DNA of 64,000 bases, taken from IMG/VR virus record IMGVR_UViG_3300008107_000020; one strand, given 5' to 3'. A program made the position numbers and the translations under genes. Source of the DNA: a virus. Its lineage: Duplodnaviria > Caudoviricetes. Positions 56,004 through 64,000 of the stretch are shown here, in pieces. Each line of letters starts with the position of its first letter. Position 1 is the first letter of the stretch. Below the pieces are notes generated by a model. It had not been told where the DNA came from. It saw only the letters and a program-made list of their open reading frames with translations, and searched no databases.

Positions 56004-56921
56004 TTAGTTTATTGTTTGAGTTTTAAATAATTCTTCGTTATACCTACTGATTTTTTCAGTCATATTAATAAGCTCCTCAAAAGTATCTGATAACTGATAA
56101 ATTGTCATAGCGTGATTATCCAATTGATTCGCCAGGTCATCTAACTCACTAACATTATCTGGATATTCACCGACTTCATACATCTCAACGATGTTATAAA
56201 ACTTGTTATATTTATTTTCAAGATATTTTTGACTCTCATCCATTTTTTTTTGGGCGGCTTTCATCTTTTCCAAGTTTTCAAAAATGCTAACAAGTGATGA
56301 ATTAACCACAGCTGATCCAAATTTTTCGATCAATGCTACGCCCATCTGGATATCTTTTTTTGCCTCAGCAACGAATTCATCAATTTTTGATGGGTCGTAT
56401 GAAATACCCTCTTCGTTTAATGAAACTATTTCATTTATTTGAAAAATTTTACCACCAGGTTTGTTGATCATCTCAACTTCACGAGCATTTGTAACGGGTT
56501 CCTCAGAATCTTTGTAAACAAAGGTATCATATTTGTAAGGATCGTATGTTATTGATTTTGAACTACTTGGTGATGGAATGTCTGTTGATTGATATGGTTT
56601 AAAATCAATTAAATCACCAATAACGAATGCGTGCACATTCTTTGACATCTCAGCTCTAACTTTTTCTTTACCGCCTTGGCGTACTCTAAATTCAACATTT
56701 TTAAGTTTTACATAATCAGCATGTGCTATTACTAAACTTTTATATTGAATTGAGAATGTTTTTTTATGGAGATTATAGTATACCATAACCCTTTTACCTA
56801 TATGAGAATCCTCAGCAGGCGCTTCATCATCTGTACCAGCAAACATATCCAATTGGTCTTCATTCAAGCCCATCATTGAACGTATCTTAGCTATTTCTTC
56901 TGTTAATATTTCTTTTTTCAT
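56004..56921 (-). CDS. Hypothetical protein with the shared N-terminal tag
   Basis: MKKEILTEEIAKIRSMMGLNE; central RVMVYYNLHK...KNVHAFVIG domain. Confidence 0.75.
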   Translation of the reverse strand: MKKEILTEEIAKIRSMMGLNEDQLDMFAGTDDEAPAEDSHIGKRVMVYYNLHKKTFSIQYKSLVIAHADYVKLKNVEFRVRQGGKEKVRAEMSKNVHAFVIGDLIDFKPYQSTDIPSPSSSKSITYDPYKYDTFVYKDSEEPVTNAREVEMINKPGGKIFQINEIVSLNEEGISYDPSKIDEFVAEAKKDIQMGVALIEKFGSAVVNSSLVSIFENLEKMKAAQKKMDESQKYLENKYNKFYNIVEMYEVGEYPDNVSELDDLANQLDNHAMTIYQLSDTFEELINMTEKISRYNEELFKTQTIN

Positions 56922-57713
56922 TTACGAGAACATTTTTGACACATTTTCATACCATTCTGGAAAATATCTTCTTAGATATAATCTCATAGCTTTCATAACT
57001 AAACTATCCCTATCAGTTTTATATTCTTCCCAATCGCTCCAATAATCATCCACAGCTTCCCCAGCAGCACTTTTTAAATCATCAAACATCCCAAAACTAA
57101 ACTCTGTTGGTTGGTTGAGGCTATCATGGATCGTTTTATTCATGTATCCTTGATCAGAACCACCCCAATCCTCATCGATTGCACCAGACTCGACATCATC
57201 GTAATTTTTTGAAGCGTATTTGTTAGCTTCTTCCTCATCATGAGCATCGATCATAGCTTGATCCTCTTGTGATATTAAATCATCAAAAGAAACCATTTTT
57301 TCTTCTGGGTCAATAGCTTCATAAACATCTGGGCCTTCGTAACTTTCAAGCGCTTTTTCGATTAACTCTGGGTATTTTTTTGAAAATCTTTCACACTCCT
57401 CATCAGATAAGTCCATATCCTCACCTTTCCAAAATAAATTACTCGCAACCCAACTACCATCCATTCTACCATCAAGACCCATATCAGCGATATCAACTTC
57501 TTTACCATCTAATTCATATCTTTCATTTGAATCGTCATTAGATCTGATAGAATCAGCGTACTCTTTATCCATTTTACTCGTATTGTCAATATACCCAGCT
57601 GTTCCTTTAGAATTGGTAACACCACCCATTTGAGCGGTATTGAATATATTTTCATTAAGACCCATTATTTTACGCATCTTTTTAATTTCTTCATTTAAAA
57701 TAGGTTTTTTCAT
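56922..57713 (-). CDS. Acidic hypothetical protein with the shared N-terminal tag
   Basis: MKKPILNEEIKKMRKIMGLNE. Confidence 0.75.
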   Translation of the reverse strand: MKKPILNEEIKKMRKIMGLNENIFNTAQMGGVTNSKGTAGYIDNTSKMDKEYADSIRSNDDSNERYELDGKEVDIADMGLDGRMDGSWVASNLFWKGEDMDLSDEECERFSKKYPELIEKALESYEGPDVYEAIDPEEKMVSFDDLISQEDQAMIDAHDEEEANKYASKNYDDVESGAIDEDWGGSDQGYMNKTIHDSLNQPTEFSFGMFDDLKSAAGEAVDDYWSDWEEYKTDRDSLVMKAMRLYLRRYFPEWYENVSKMFS

Positions 57714-57776
57714 AATAATCTCGTATTTTTATATAAATACCATGAACTTTACATAAATTCCCCATATTTATTCCAG

Positions 57777-57853
57777 ATGCATCGAAAAAAACAAAATAAA
57801 AATAATATAATCATGCGAATGAAAACCTCTTCCTTTTGAAGAGGTTTTTTTTT
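57777..57853 (+). promoter_or_regulatory. Candidate attenuator: 20-codon leader ORF running into a terminator upstream of the AsnRS-like gene
   Basis: MHRKKQNKNNIIMRMKTSSF* (57777-57839); 11-bp stem 57822-32/57838-48 with a T9 tail. Confidence 0.5.
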
Positions 57854-57875
57854 GCCCTAAAAAAACAAAAAAGAA

Positions 57876-58694
57876 ATGAAAAACACAGAAACTTACCACG
57901 AGCTGGTACAAAAAATGAGAAGCTTCTTCATCCAAAGAGGATTTAAAGAAGTACCAACACAATCAAGATTATCAATCCTTGCCGCATGCGAAAACCCACA
58001 CTCAGTTAAAACGTTTGAGTACAGCGGAGAAATCTGGCCACTACCACAAACTGGACAAATGTGGCTTGAGCATGAACTATTAATGAACCCTGAATGGGAA
58101 GGTGTATTCTGCATCTCAACATCTTACAGAGAAGAAAAGAACCCAATCCCTGGTAGACACGAATTAATCTTCCCGATGTTCGAGTTTGAATCAAAAGGTA
58201 CAATGGAAGACCTAATCAAATTGGAAGGTGACCTATTGGCTCATCTTGGATTCGGTGATTCAATGCATGAAGTACAATATGAAGACATATGTGAAGAATA
58301 CGGTGGAGTTCCAATTCTGGAAGATGAACACGAATCAAGAATGTGGAAAGAGAAAGGAAACATCGTTTCACTTCAACACTTCCCAATCAGAACAAACCCG
58401 TTCTGGAATATGAAACATGATCAGAATGGTATCTTTAATAAAGTGGATGTAATTATGTATGGACAAGAAACAATCGGCTCCGCAGAGAGAAGCTGTGACG
58501 TGGAAAAGATGAAAGAGATGTTCTACGCCATCGAAGATGGCGGTTACGCTAGGAAACTGTTCGAATTATTCGGCAAAGACCGTGTGGAAGCTGAACTTGA
58601 AGAGTTTTTAAAATTTAATTTCTTCCCAAGATTCGGTGGGGGGATCGGAATGACTAGATTAGCAAGGGCTTATGAATTAATGAAGGGGGGGTAA
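57876..58694 (+). CDS. Class IIb aminoacyl-tRNA synthetase catalytic-domain protein (AsnRS-like, no anticodon OB fold; possibly an asparagine synthetase-type paralogue)
   Basis: Motif 2 YREE...RHELIFPMFEFE; ETIGSAER; motif 3 FGGGIGMTRL; only 272 aa. Confidence 0.8.
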   Translation: MKNTETYHELVQKMRSFFIQRGFKEVPTQSRLSILAACENPHSVKTFEYSGEIWPLPQTGQMWLEHELLMNPEWEGVFCISTSYREEKNPIPGRHELIFPMFEFESKGTMEDLIKLEGDLLAHLGFGDSMHEVQYEDICEEYGGVPILEDEHESRMWKEKGNIVSLQHFPIRTNPFWNMKHDQNGIFNKVDVIMYGQETIGSAERSCDVEKMKEMFYAIEDGGYARKLFELFGKDRVEAELEEFLKFNFFPRFGGGIGMTRLARAYELMKGG

Positions 58695-58707
58695 TCACCC
58701 CCTTTTT
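58683..58707 (+). terminator. Intrinsic terminator
   Basis: AAGGGGG-GGTAATCA-CCCCCTTTTT. Confidence 0.75.
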
Positions 58708-58802
58708 ATTCTAATAAATCTCATATAAAAATATGATATTGCTCACTGGACGGGGTTTTTTTCACATTTTAAACATATTTACTTTTAAATAATAAAATTT
58801 TT

Positions 58803-59441
58803 ATGTACATTAACACACCTTACAAAATTGTCTACGATACCCAAAAGTATCCGTTTAAAGAAGTTGTCAAAGAAATCTTAGAGGTTGATAACTTGGAGAA
58901 AATCCATCAGCTTGAAAATTACGACTTATTATCAAGAGACAAAGACCAATCAACTGGATGGCATAAAGCCTATTATAATAAGTTCGAAGAAAAGTTTTAC
59001 CCTTTATATGTTGAGTTCGTAAAACACCTTGCTGAGAAATTTGGTTACGATTCAATTATTTACCAAAAAATTCCAACATTCCGTGCACACCTGGTAAATA
59101 ATCTTGGTGTTGGTGAATGGCATAAGGACAAAACCTATAATCACGGTGTTGATGAAGTTAACTTTTGGATGCCTTTTACGGATACTTATGACACAAACAC
59201 CATTTGGTGTGAGAGTATTGAGGATCTTGGTGATTACAGATCATATGATGTTAAGTACGGTGAGATATTAGTTTTTAGCGGTGCCAACTTAATGCACGGT
59301 AATAAAATTAACACAACCGAAGATACACGTGTATCTGTTGATTTTCGTTTGGTTGACCCAGAAAAATTCGTTACTAACGATAAACAATCAATAAATGGTA
59401 TAACCAGTTTTGTTGTTGGTGGGTACTTTGAAAAGATTTAA
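58803..59441 (+). CDS. StrG-like / 2OG-Fe(II) dioxygenase-fold protein
   Basis: IYQKIPTFR, WHKD..YNH, NFWMPFT, LMHGN..N.T..TRVSVDFR. Confidence 0.7.
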   Translation: MYINTPYKIVYDTQKYPFKEVVKEILEVDNLEKIHQLENYDLLSRDKDQSTGWHKAYYNKFEEKFYPLYVEFVKHLAEKFGYDSIIYQKIPTFRAHLVNNLGVGEWHKDKTYNHGVDEVNFWMPFTDTYDTNTIWCESIEDLGDYRSYDVKYGEILVFSGANLMHGNKINTTEDTRVSVDFRLVDPEKFVTNDKQSINGITSFVVGGYFEKI

Positions 59442-59459
59442 TTCGTAATTAAGATAAAC

Positions 59460-59486
59460 AAAAAAGGGGCCTAAGCCCCTTTTTTT
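59460..59486. terminator. Bidirectional terminator
   Basis: AAAAAAGGGGC-CTAA-GCCCCTTTTTTT. Confidence 0.85.
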
Positions 59487-60327
59487 ATTTGATTCCCATC
59501 CTTTCTTTTAAAGCTGGGAGAAATTTATGTATCTCAAAATTATCAACATCATTGTACTGAGACTTAAATGATTTTTCATTAGTGAATTCTCTGCCCCATG
59601 ATTTGTAGGTATTAATTTTAACTTCGGTGTAATCCAAATCCCTGAACACATAATGATTAATAACCATATTATCTAAAACCTGAAGATCGGTATGGTAAGC
59701 CTTTTCATTAATATTACTCGGGTTGTTGTTCGAATCAACATATAGATAATTTGGTTTTAATCTACAAAAATGAACTGATGTTAATATATCAAAAGCATCT
59801 TTTCTCACAAGACACTTCACGTGTCTTTGATCATCCCATTTAGCGCCAGTATCTTTTATTTTTGATTTTGTTAACTTTTCAGTTATTAACTCACCATCAT
59901 TTAGTCTGTAACCAGAGTTACCCATCATTCTCCAATTAACACCTATTTGACCAACATTTGAAGGGAAGGTATTAATAACATTTTTTATGTTACCGTTATT
60001 AACTGGGTATAAAAACTCATCAACGTTTAAAAAAATAAACCAGTCGGTCACAGATTCTCGTATAAGTTTATTAAAAAGTGGTATTGATGTGTTTACCAAA
60101 AGAACTTCATTATCAAATGAGTTTTTACCGTTATTGGTTTCAACGGATAGGTTAGTTAAATGTACAATACCTCTGTCAATATATGGTTGTAAAACCTCAA
60201 GGTAATTATCTTCACTTAAATGATTAATTAAATAAAAATTATCAAAACCAATCATAAGGTGAAACTCAATCCATTCTTTTAAAAACTTCGCCTCATCCCT
60301 AAATTGAGATACTATGGATACTTTCAT
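59485..60327 (-). CDS. GT92/GT2-like (GT-A) glycosyltransferase
   Basis: FRDEAKFLKEWIEFHLMIGFDNFYL...S.DN, WFIFLNVDEFLYP, INHY. Confidence 0.8.
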   Translation of the reverse strand: MKVSIVSQFRDEAKFLKEWIEFHLMIGFDNFYLINHLSEDNYLEVLQPYIDRGIVHLTNLSVETNNGKNSFDNEVLLVNTSIPLFNKLIRESVTDWFIFLNVDEFLYPVNNGNIKNVINTFPSNVGQIGVNWRMMGNSGYRLNDGELITEKLTKSKIKDTGAKWDDQRHVKCLVRKDAFDILTSVHFCRLKPNYLYVDSNNNPSNINEKAYHTDLQVLDNMVINHYVFRDLDYTEVKINTYKSWGREFTNEKSFKSQYNDVDNFEIHKFLPALKERMGIK

Positions 60328-60366
60328 TTAATAAGATTAGGAACTATTTTATTAAAATAAATGTTT

Positions 60367-61221
60367 TTAGAGTTTACACTCAACGCTTGTTTTAATTATT
60401 TCGTATGTACTTTCGTTTAATGGTACTTCCACTGGGGAGTCTTTTTTGAGAATGCCGAGTATCTCATCATAAGATTTGCAGATATCTTGTTCAAGTTCTT
60501 CAACAGATGGTTTATCTTTGAAACCACCGCTTGGGTAACCGCCACCCATTTTAACTAAGTTTCCGTTAACGTCAAATAAAATTCTATCACCAAGGGATAC
60601 CAAACGGCCTTCCTTAAAATAACCAGCCATTAATTTACCTCTGTCAGATACAATACCGATCGTTTCGTTTGAATCAGCCTCTTCTAAACTAGCCCAGTTT
60701 TTTTTTACCTCATCTGGTGTAACTGGACCGATGTTGTTTTTTTCTCTGTAAGCTTGAGCTTTAACACCCTTTAAAATATTTTCAAGAATTTTGGCAACAT
60801 CTTCGTAATCAAGATCTTTGTATTTCTCATCGATCAAATCATTTATCTCCATGTATAAATTACCGCTTCTGTTAGAAAGGTCTTCACCTAGTGGGCTTGG
60901 GTTGTAACCCATCTCACCGTTGGTGCTTTCGTTTTCAATCTTTTGTGCACCATATCTGATCCCTTTTAAAAAATCCTCAACACTATCAAACTTACCAGTC
61001 AATGTACTTTCTTCATACACGCTTATGCCACCATCAATGTTACCATATACTCTATGGCCAATCTCAAGAACATAAGGCGCAATCTTATGTAAATCACCAA
61101 CAACGCTTTCTAACTCGTGCATAATTGTTGTATCATAGTAAACACCACTGATGTTTCTACCTTCATTAAGTCCCATCATCTTGCGGATCTTAGCGATTTC
61201 GTTTAACATATTCTTTTCCAT
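60367..61221 (-). CDS. Hypothetical protein with the shared N-terminal tag
   Basis: MEKNMLNEIAKIRKMMGLNE. Confidence 0.75.
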   Translation of the reverse strand: MEKNMLNEIAKIRKMMGLNEGRNISGVYYDTTIMHELESVVGDLHKIAPYVLEIGHRVYGNIDGGISVYEESTLTGKFDSVEDFLKGIRYGAQKIENESTNGEMGYNPSPLGEDLSNRSGNLYMEINDLIDEKYKDLDYEDVAKILENILKGVKAQAYREKNNIGPVTPDEVKKNWASLEEADSNETIGIVSDRGKLMAGYFKEGRLVSLGDRILFDVNGNLVKMGGGYPSGGFKDKPSVEELEQDICKSYDEILGILKKDSPVEVPLNESTYEIIKTSVECKL

Positions 61222-61292
61222 AATAAGAGGTTATTAATGATAAATACTTGAAACTTTTTTAAAATTACATATATTTATTGAAGACCTTGTGA

Positions 61293-61354
61293 TTGGGTTC
61301 CATGCGTACTGGATGCGTTTGAGTTGGAATTGATGCCAACGATATGGACACCAA
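61293..61354 (+). promoter_or_regulatory. Candidate three-way-junction 5'-UTR RNA
   Basis: Outer stem TTGG..TCCAT/ATGGA..CCAA enclosing hairpins GCGTA/TGCGT and GTTGG/CCAAC. Confidence 0.4.
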
Positions 61355-61376
61355 ATACAAAAAAAATATAAGGAAA

Positions 61377-62219
61377 ATGTTATACACGTACATTAATACT
61401 GTACCTGCGCCCAGTGCGTTCATCACAGTAAACAAACAAAGACTCCGTCAAAACGGAAAGTTGGTCTACATGAAAGACCAAACAGAGTTCGAGATCGAAC
61501 TTTACAATCCCACAAAAGAAAAAATAATGGCAATGATTGAAATGAATGGCACACCCATTTCAGATTCAGGTATCATTCTAAAACCAGGTCAAAGGGTATT
61601 CCTCGAAAGGTTCCTGGATGACGAGAAGAAGTTTCTTTACGAAACTTATGTGGTAAACAATAATAAGGAAACCAAAGAAGCGATCCAGAACAACGGAAAG
61701 GTTACGGTAAGATTCCACAAAGAATCAAAACCAAGGCCGAGAAGTTTAGCATACGGATCCGTCTTTAATGGTTCATCGGGTTTTGGTTGGAGTGAGATTA
61801 TTTACACAGACTACAAATACAACAACCCAATAACATATAACACAACTGACTTTAAAGGTATCAACAACACCTTCTTCACAAACAGTTTTGCTAATACAGA
61901 AATTAGCAACAGCATGAGAAAGACGGAAACTGGTTCAGTTGAACAAGGAAGCCAAAGCAACCAGGAGTTAAAATCAACCAACGGAAACTTTGAATGGTTT
62001 TACACATGGACGGATGAATGGCAAATAATGCCACACAGCCAACAACCAGTTCAAGCGAAGGATTTGATTGACAGGTGTGTTAAATGTAAGACCAAATTAA
62101 AATCAAGCCATAAATTCTGTCCAGAATGCGGTGAAAAGAATTTGAGTAAACAAGATCCAGATGAATTCTTACAGTCACTGACAAAGGAACAATTAATTGA
62201 ATTGTTAAAAGCAAAATAA
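61377..62219 (+). CDS. Hypothetical protein with C-terminal zinc ribbon
   Basis: CVKC...FCPECG; ATG 61377 preferred over 61344, which lies inside the RNA structure. Confidence 0.75.
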   Translation: MLYTYINTVPAPSAFITVNKQRLRQNGKLVYMKDQTEFEIELYNPTKEKIMAMIEMNGTPISDSGIILKPGQRVFLERFLDDEKKFLYETYVVNNNKETKEAIQNNGKVTVRFHKESKPRPRSLAYGSVFNGSSGFGWSEIIYTDYKYNNPITYNTTDFKGINNTFFTNSFANTEISNSMRKTETGSVEQGSQSNQELKSTNGNFEWFYTWTDEWQIMPHSQQPVQAKDLIDRCVKCKTKLKSSHKFCPECGEKNLSKQDPDEFLQSLTKEQLIELLKAK

Positions 62220-62240
62220 AATAATCTTCACAAGGTCACT

Positions 62241-62266
62241 AAATCCCGCCAAAAGCGGGATTTTTT
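62241..62266 (+). terminator. Intrinsic terminator
   Basis: AAATCCCGC-CAAAA-GCGGGATTTTTT. Confidence 0.85.
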
Positions 62267-62306
62267 ATTAGTTTTGGCGATATATATAAGAAAAAGCCCC
62301 TAAAAT

Positions 62307-62492
62307 ATGACAAATGAAGAGATTACAGAGGAAATTTACCACGAAGCCTTCACTGAAGGATTCATTGATGAATTGAGACAAAAAATTGATGAATTTAAGT
62401 TTTCAAAGGATCATCATAAACTTCCGCACCATGAAATGGTGTATAAAGCCTATTTTTTAGTGAAATCTGGTGAAATAAATGGGAAATCTTAA
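62307..62492 (+). CDS. Small hypothetical protein
   Basis: ORF track. Confidence 0.6.
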   Translation: MTNEEITEEIYHEAFTEGFIDELRQKIDEFKFSKDHHKLPHHEMVYKAYFLVKSGEINGKS

Positions 62493-62506
62493 GTATTTAT
62501 AAGAAC

Positions 62507-62887
62507 ATGAACGTTTTTGACCAATTAGGAGCCAGACATCCAGATGTTAGATATGAACTTTACCCAACAATTAAGGGTAATGAGAAGCGTGTATATCTCA
62601 CAGGATTCATGGTACCTTATACAATGAGGGGGAAGGGTCTTGGAACGGAATTTATGGAAGATCTTATTAAGGTTGCCGATGAAAATGGGTTTAAGATAAC
62701 TCTAACACCATCAAGCAGCTACGGTGGGAATGTAACAAGGTTAAAACAGTTCTATAAAGGGTTCGGATTTGTTGAAAACAAAGGGCAAAACAGAGACTTC
62801 TCACACAGAGAAGATATGTACAGAAATCCACAGGGGTTAAACGAAAATTTGAAAAGATTAAAAGAAATAATAGATTCAAATTTTTAA
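62507..62887 (+). CDS. GNAT-fold acetyltransferase-like protein
   Basis: FMVPYTMRGKGLGT acetyl-CoA motif A; LKQFYKGFGF. Confidence 0.75.
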   Translation: MNVFDQLGARHPDVRYELYPTIKGNEKRVYLTGFMVPYTMRGKGLGTEFMEDLIKVADENGFKITLTPSSSYGGNVTRLKQFYKGFGFVENKGQNRDFSHREDMYRNPQGLNENLKRLKEIIDSNF

Positions 62888-62911
62888 AGAAAAAATTATA
62901 TTTATATTAGT

Positions 62912-63364
62912 ATGGGAATCGAATTAAAAAAGAAAAAACAGCTCATAGAGAGATTAAACAGAAGATTGCTTTCTGAATCTGAAATGGCTTGCCCAAGGGC
63001 GACTCAGGATCTTGAGTTGAATACCAGAAATAGAAATAAATCAATAGAGGCAGAATATATCCAATACGGCCCATTGAATTTAAATGACGAGGAGTATTGG
63101 GAAAGATATGCCAAAAAATGGAAGACTGAACCAGAGGTTGCAAAGAAATCCAATTGCGGTAATTGCGTTGCTTTCGATATCTCCCCAAGAATGGACGAGT
63201 GTATGCCAGGTGAAGTTTCCGATGAAGAAGGTAGATTGGGTTATTGCTGGATGCACCATTTTAAATGTCACTCAGCTCGCACCTGTTACACCTGGGCGGC
63301 TGGTGGTCCGATAACCGATGATAAGGTATCATATGATTGGCAACAAAAAAACCAAAACGATTAA
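62912..63364 (+). CDS. Cys-rich hypothetical phage protein
   Basis: CPRAT..., CGNC, YCWMHHFKCHSARTC. Confidence 0.75.
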   Translation: MGIELKKKKQLIERLNRRLLSESEMACPRATQDLELNTRNRNKSIEAEYIQYGPLNLNDEEYWERYAKKWKTEPEVAKKSNCGNCVAFDISPRMDECMPGEVSDEEGRLGYCWMHHFKCHSARTCYTWAAGGPITDDKVSYDWQQKNQND

Positions 63365-63365
63365 G

Positions 63366-64000
63366 ATGGAACAAAAAGATTTAAATAGACTTGTGGAAGT
63401 AATGGGCTTGATCAATGATGATCTTGTTGTTGAGTCTTTTGACGTTATTAACGAGGAGAAAAAGAAAGCGGACCGTTGTCTTAGAATAGCGAGAAGAAAA
63501 TACGACAAACCATCAGCATACAGATCTGGTGCCATTGTTCAGTGCAGAAGAGGAAAGATCTGGAAGGATCTTAAGGAAGAAGATATTAATGACGCACCAG
63601 AAGATGTAAAGGAACTCATATACAAAGCGCATGACGCAATCACAAGAAGAAAGGGTAAGGACTACGCTCCAGACGTTCACGAATTGCAAGCATGGGTGGA
63701 TGAGTATTTGGATGGACAACAAAATGAAGCCCATTCGGACGCAAAATTTCAATTTTCAAAGGATTTAGCTGATGACCCAGAATACGCTGAATTTAAAAAG
63801 AATTCAATGTATAAGGATGAAATTGGTCAAGAAAGAACTTACGGGACACCAAATGCGGTAGGTAGGGATAGCTTTATACAGAAAAAGAAGTGGGGTAGAG
63901 TTGGCGTTGATGACTACGATCCAGATTTTGACGATGATATTGATGAAGCAAAGAAGACCGATTTCTCAAAGGAAAAGAAAAGCGGACTTCACGGATGGTT
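63366..64000 (+). CDS. Hypothetical modular protein, 3'-truncated (absent from the ORF track)
   Basis: Open from ATG 63366 to the window end: MEQKDLNRLVEVMGLIND...ADRCLRIARRKYDKPSAYRSGAIVQCRRG...GLHGW. Confidence 0.75.
   Translation, partial: MEQKDLNRLVEVMGLINDDLVVESFDVINEEKKKADRCLRIARRKYDKPSAYRSGAIVQCRRGKIWKDLKEEDINDAPEDVKELIYKAHDAITRRKGKDYAPDVHELQAWVDEYLDGQQNEAHSDAKFQFSKDLADDPEYAEFKKNSMYKDEIGQERTYGTPNAVGRDSFIQKKKWGRVGVDDYDPDFDDDIDEAKKTDFSKEKKSGLHGW

Noticed and set aside
3-64000. Genome-wide TAG reassignment (genetic code 15)
   Set aside because: Long conserved genes have no internal TAG, and coding density is already high in the standard code. In-frame TAGs were seen only at the starts of two genes.

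Overview
This is a 64 kb AT-rich segment of a large tailed dsDNA phage (jumbo/huge phage). Evidence: a giant tail-fibre-like gene with a Peptidase_S74 chaperone, a tail-collar protein, GH19 endolysin, dNMP kinase, KTSC protein, ClpC, a UvrD-type helicase, a tRNA array and dense small hypotheticals, with no bacterial housekeeping operons. Repeated CTTG/TTTG-N19-20-TAnnTTTG promoters and a T9SS C-terminal domain point to a Bacteroidota host. Layout: glycosylation cassette (1-7.1 kb), lytic enzymes, a 17.3 kb Gly-X-Ser repeat fibre gene split by one frameshift (8.6-25.9 kb), metabolism and replication genes, an 8-gene secreted/outer-membrane operon (38.3-46.7 kb), a translation-control island with 17 tRNA or tRNA-like genes (47.1-50.6 kb), then probable virion proteins and auxiliary enzymes. 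The strongest novel signals are in the translation island. (1) A four-segment leader-peptide attenuator guards the tRNA array, and its sensing codons match the tRNA specificities of that array almost one-for-one. (2) Two adjacent genes, one of them PTH2-like, carry in-frame UAG at codon 5 and codon 3, just upstream of an amber-suppressor tRNA(CUA), in a genome that is otherwise not recoded. Also notable: a TibC/AAH-type protein O-glycosyltransferase beside the Ser-rich fibre, a phage-borne CsgG/T9SS/cohesin-dockerin surface operon, a candidate -1 frameshift, hairpins that occlude start codons, and pseudoknotted ncRNA candidates. All family calls are by motif recognition only; no searches or folding programs were run.
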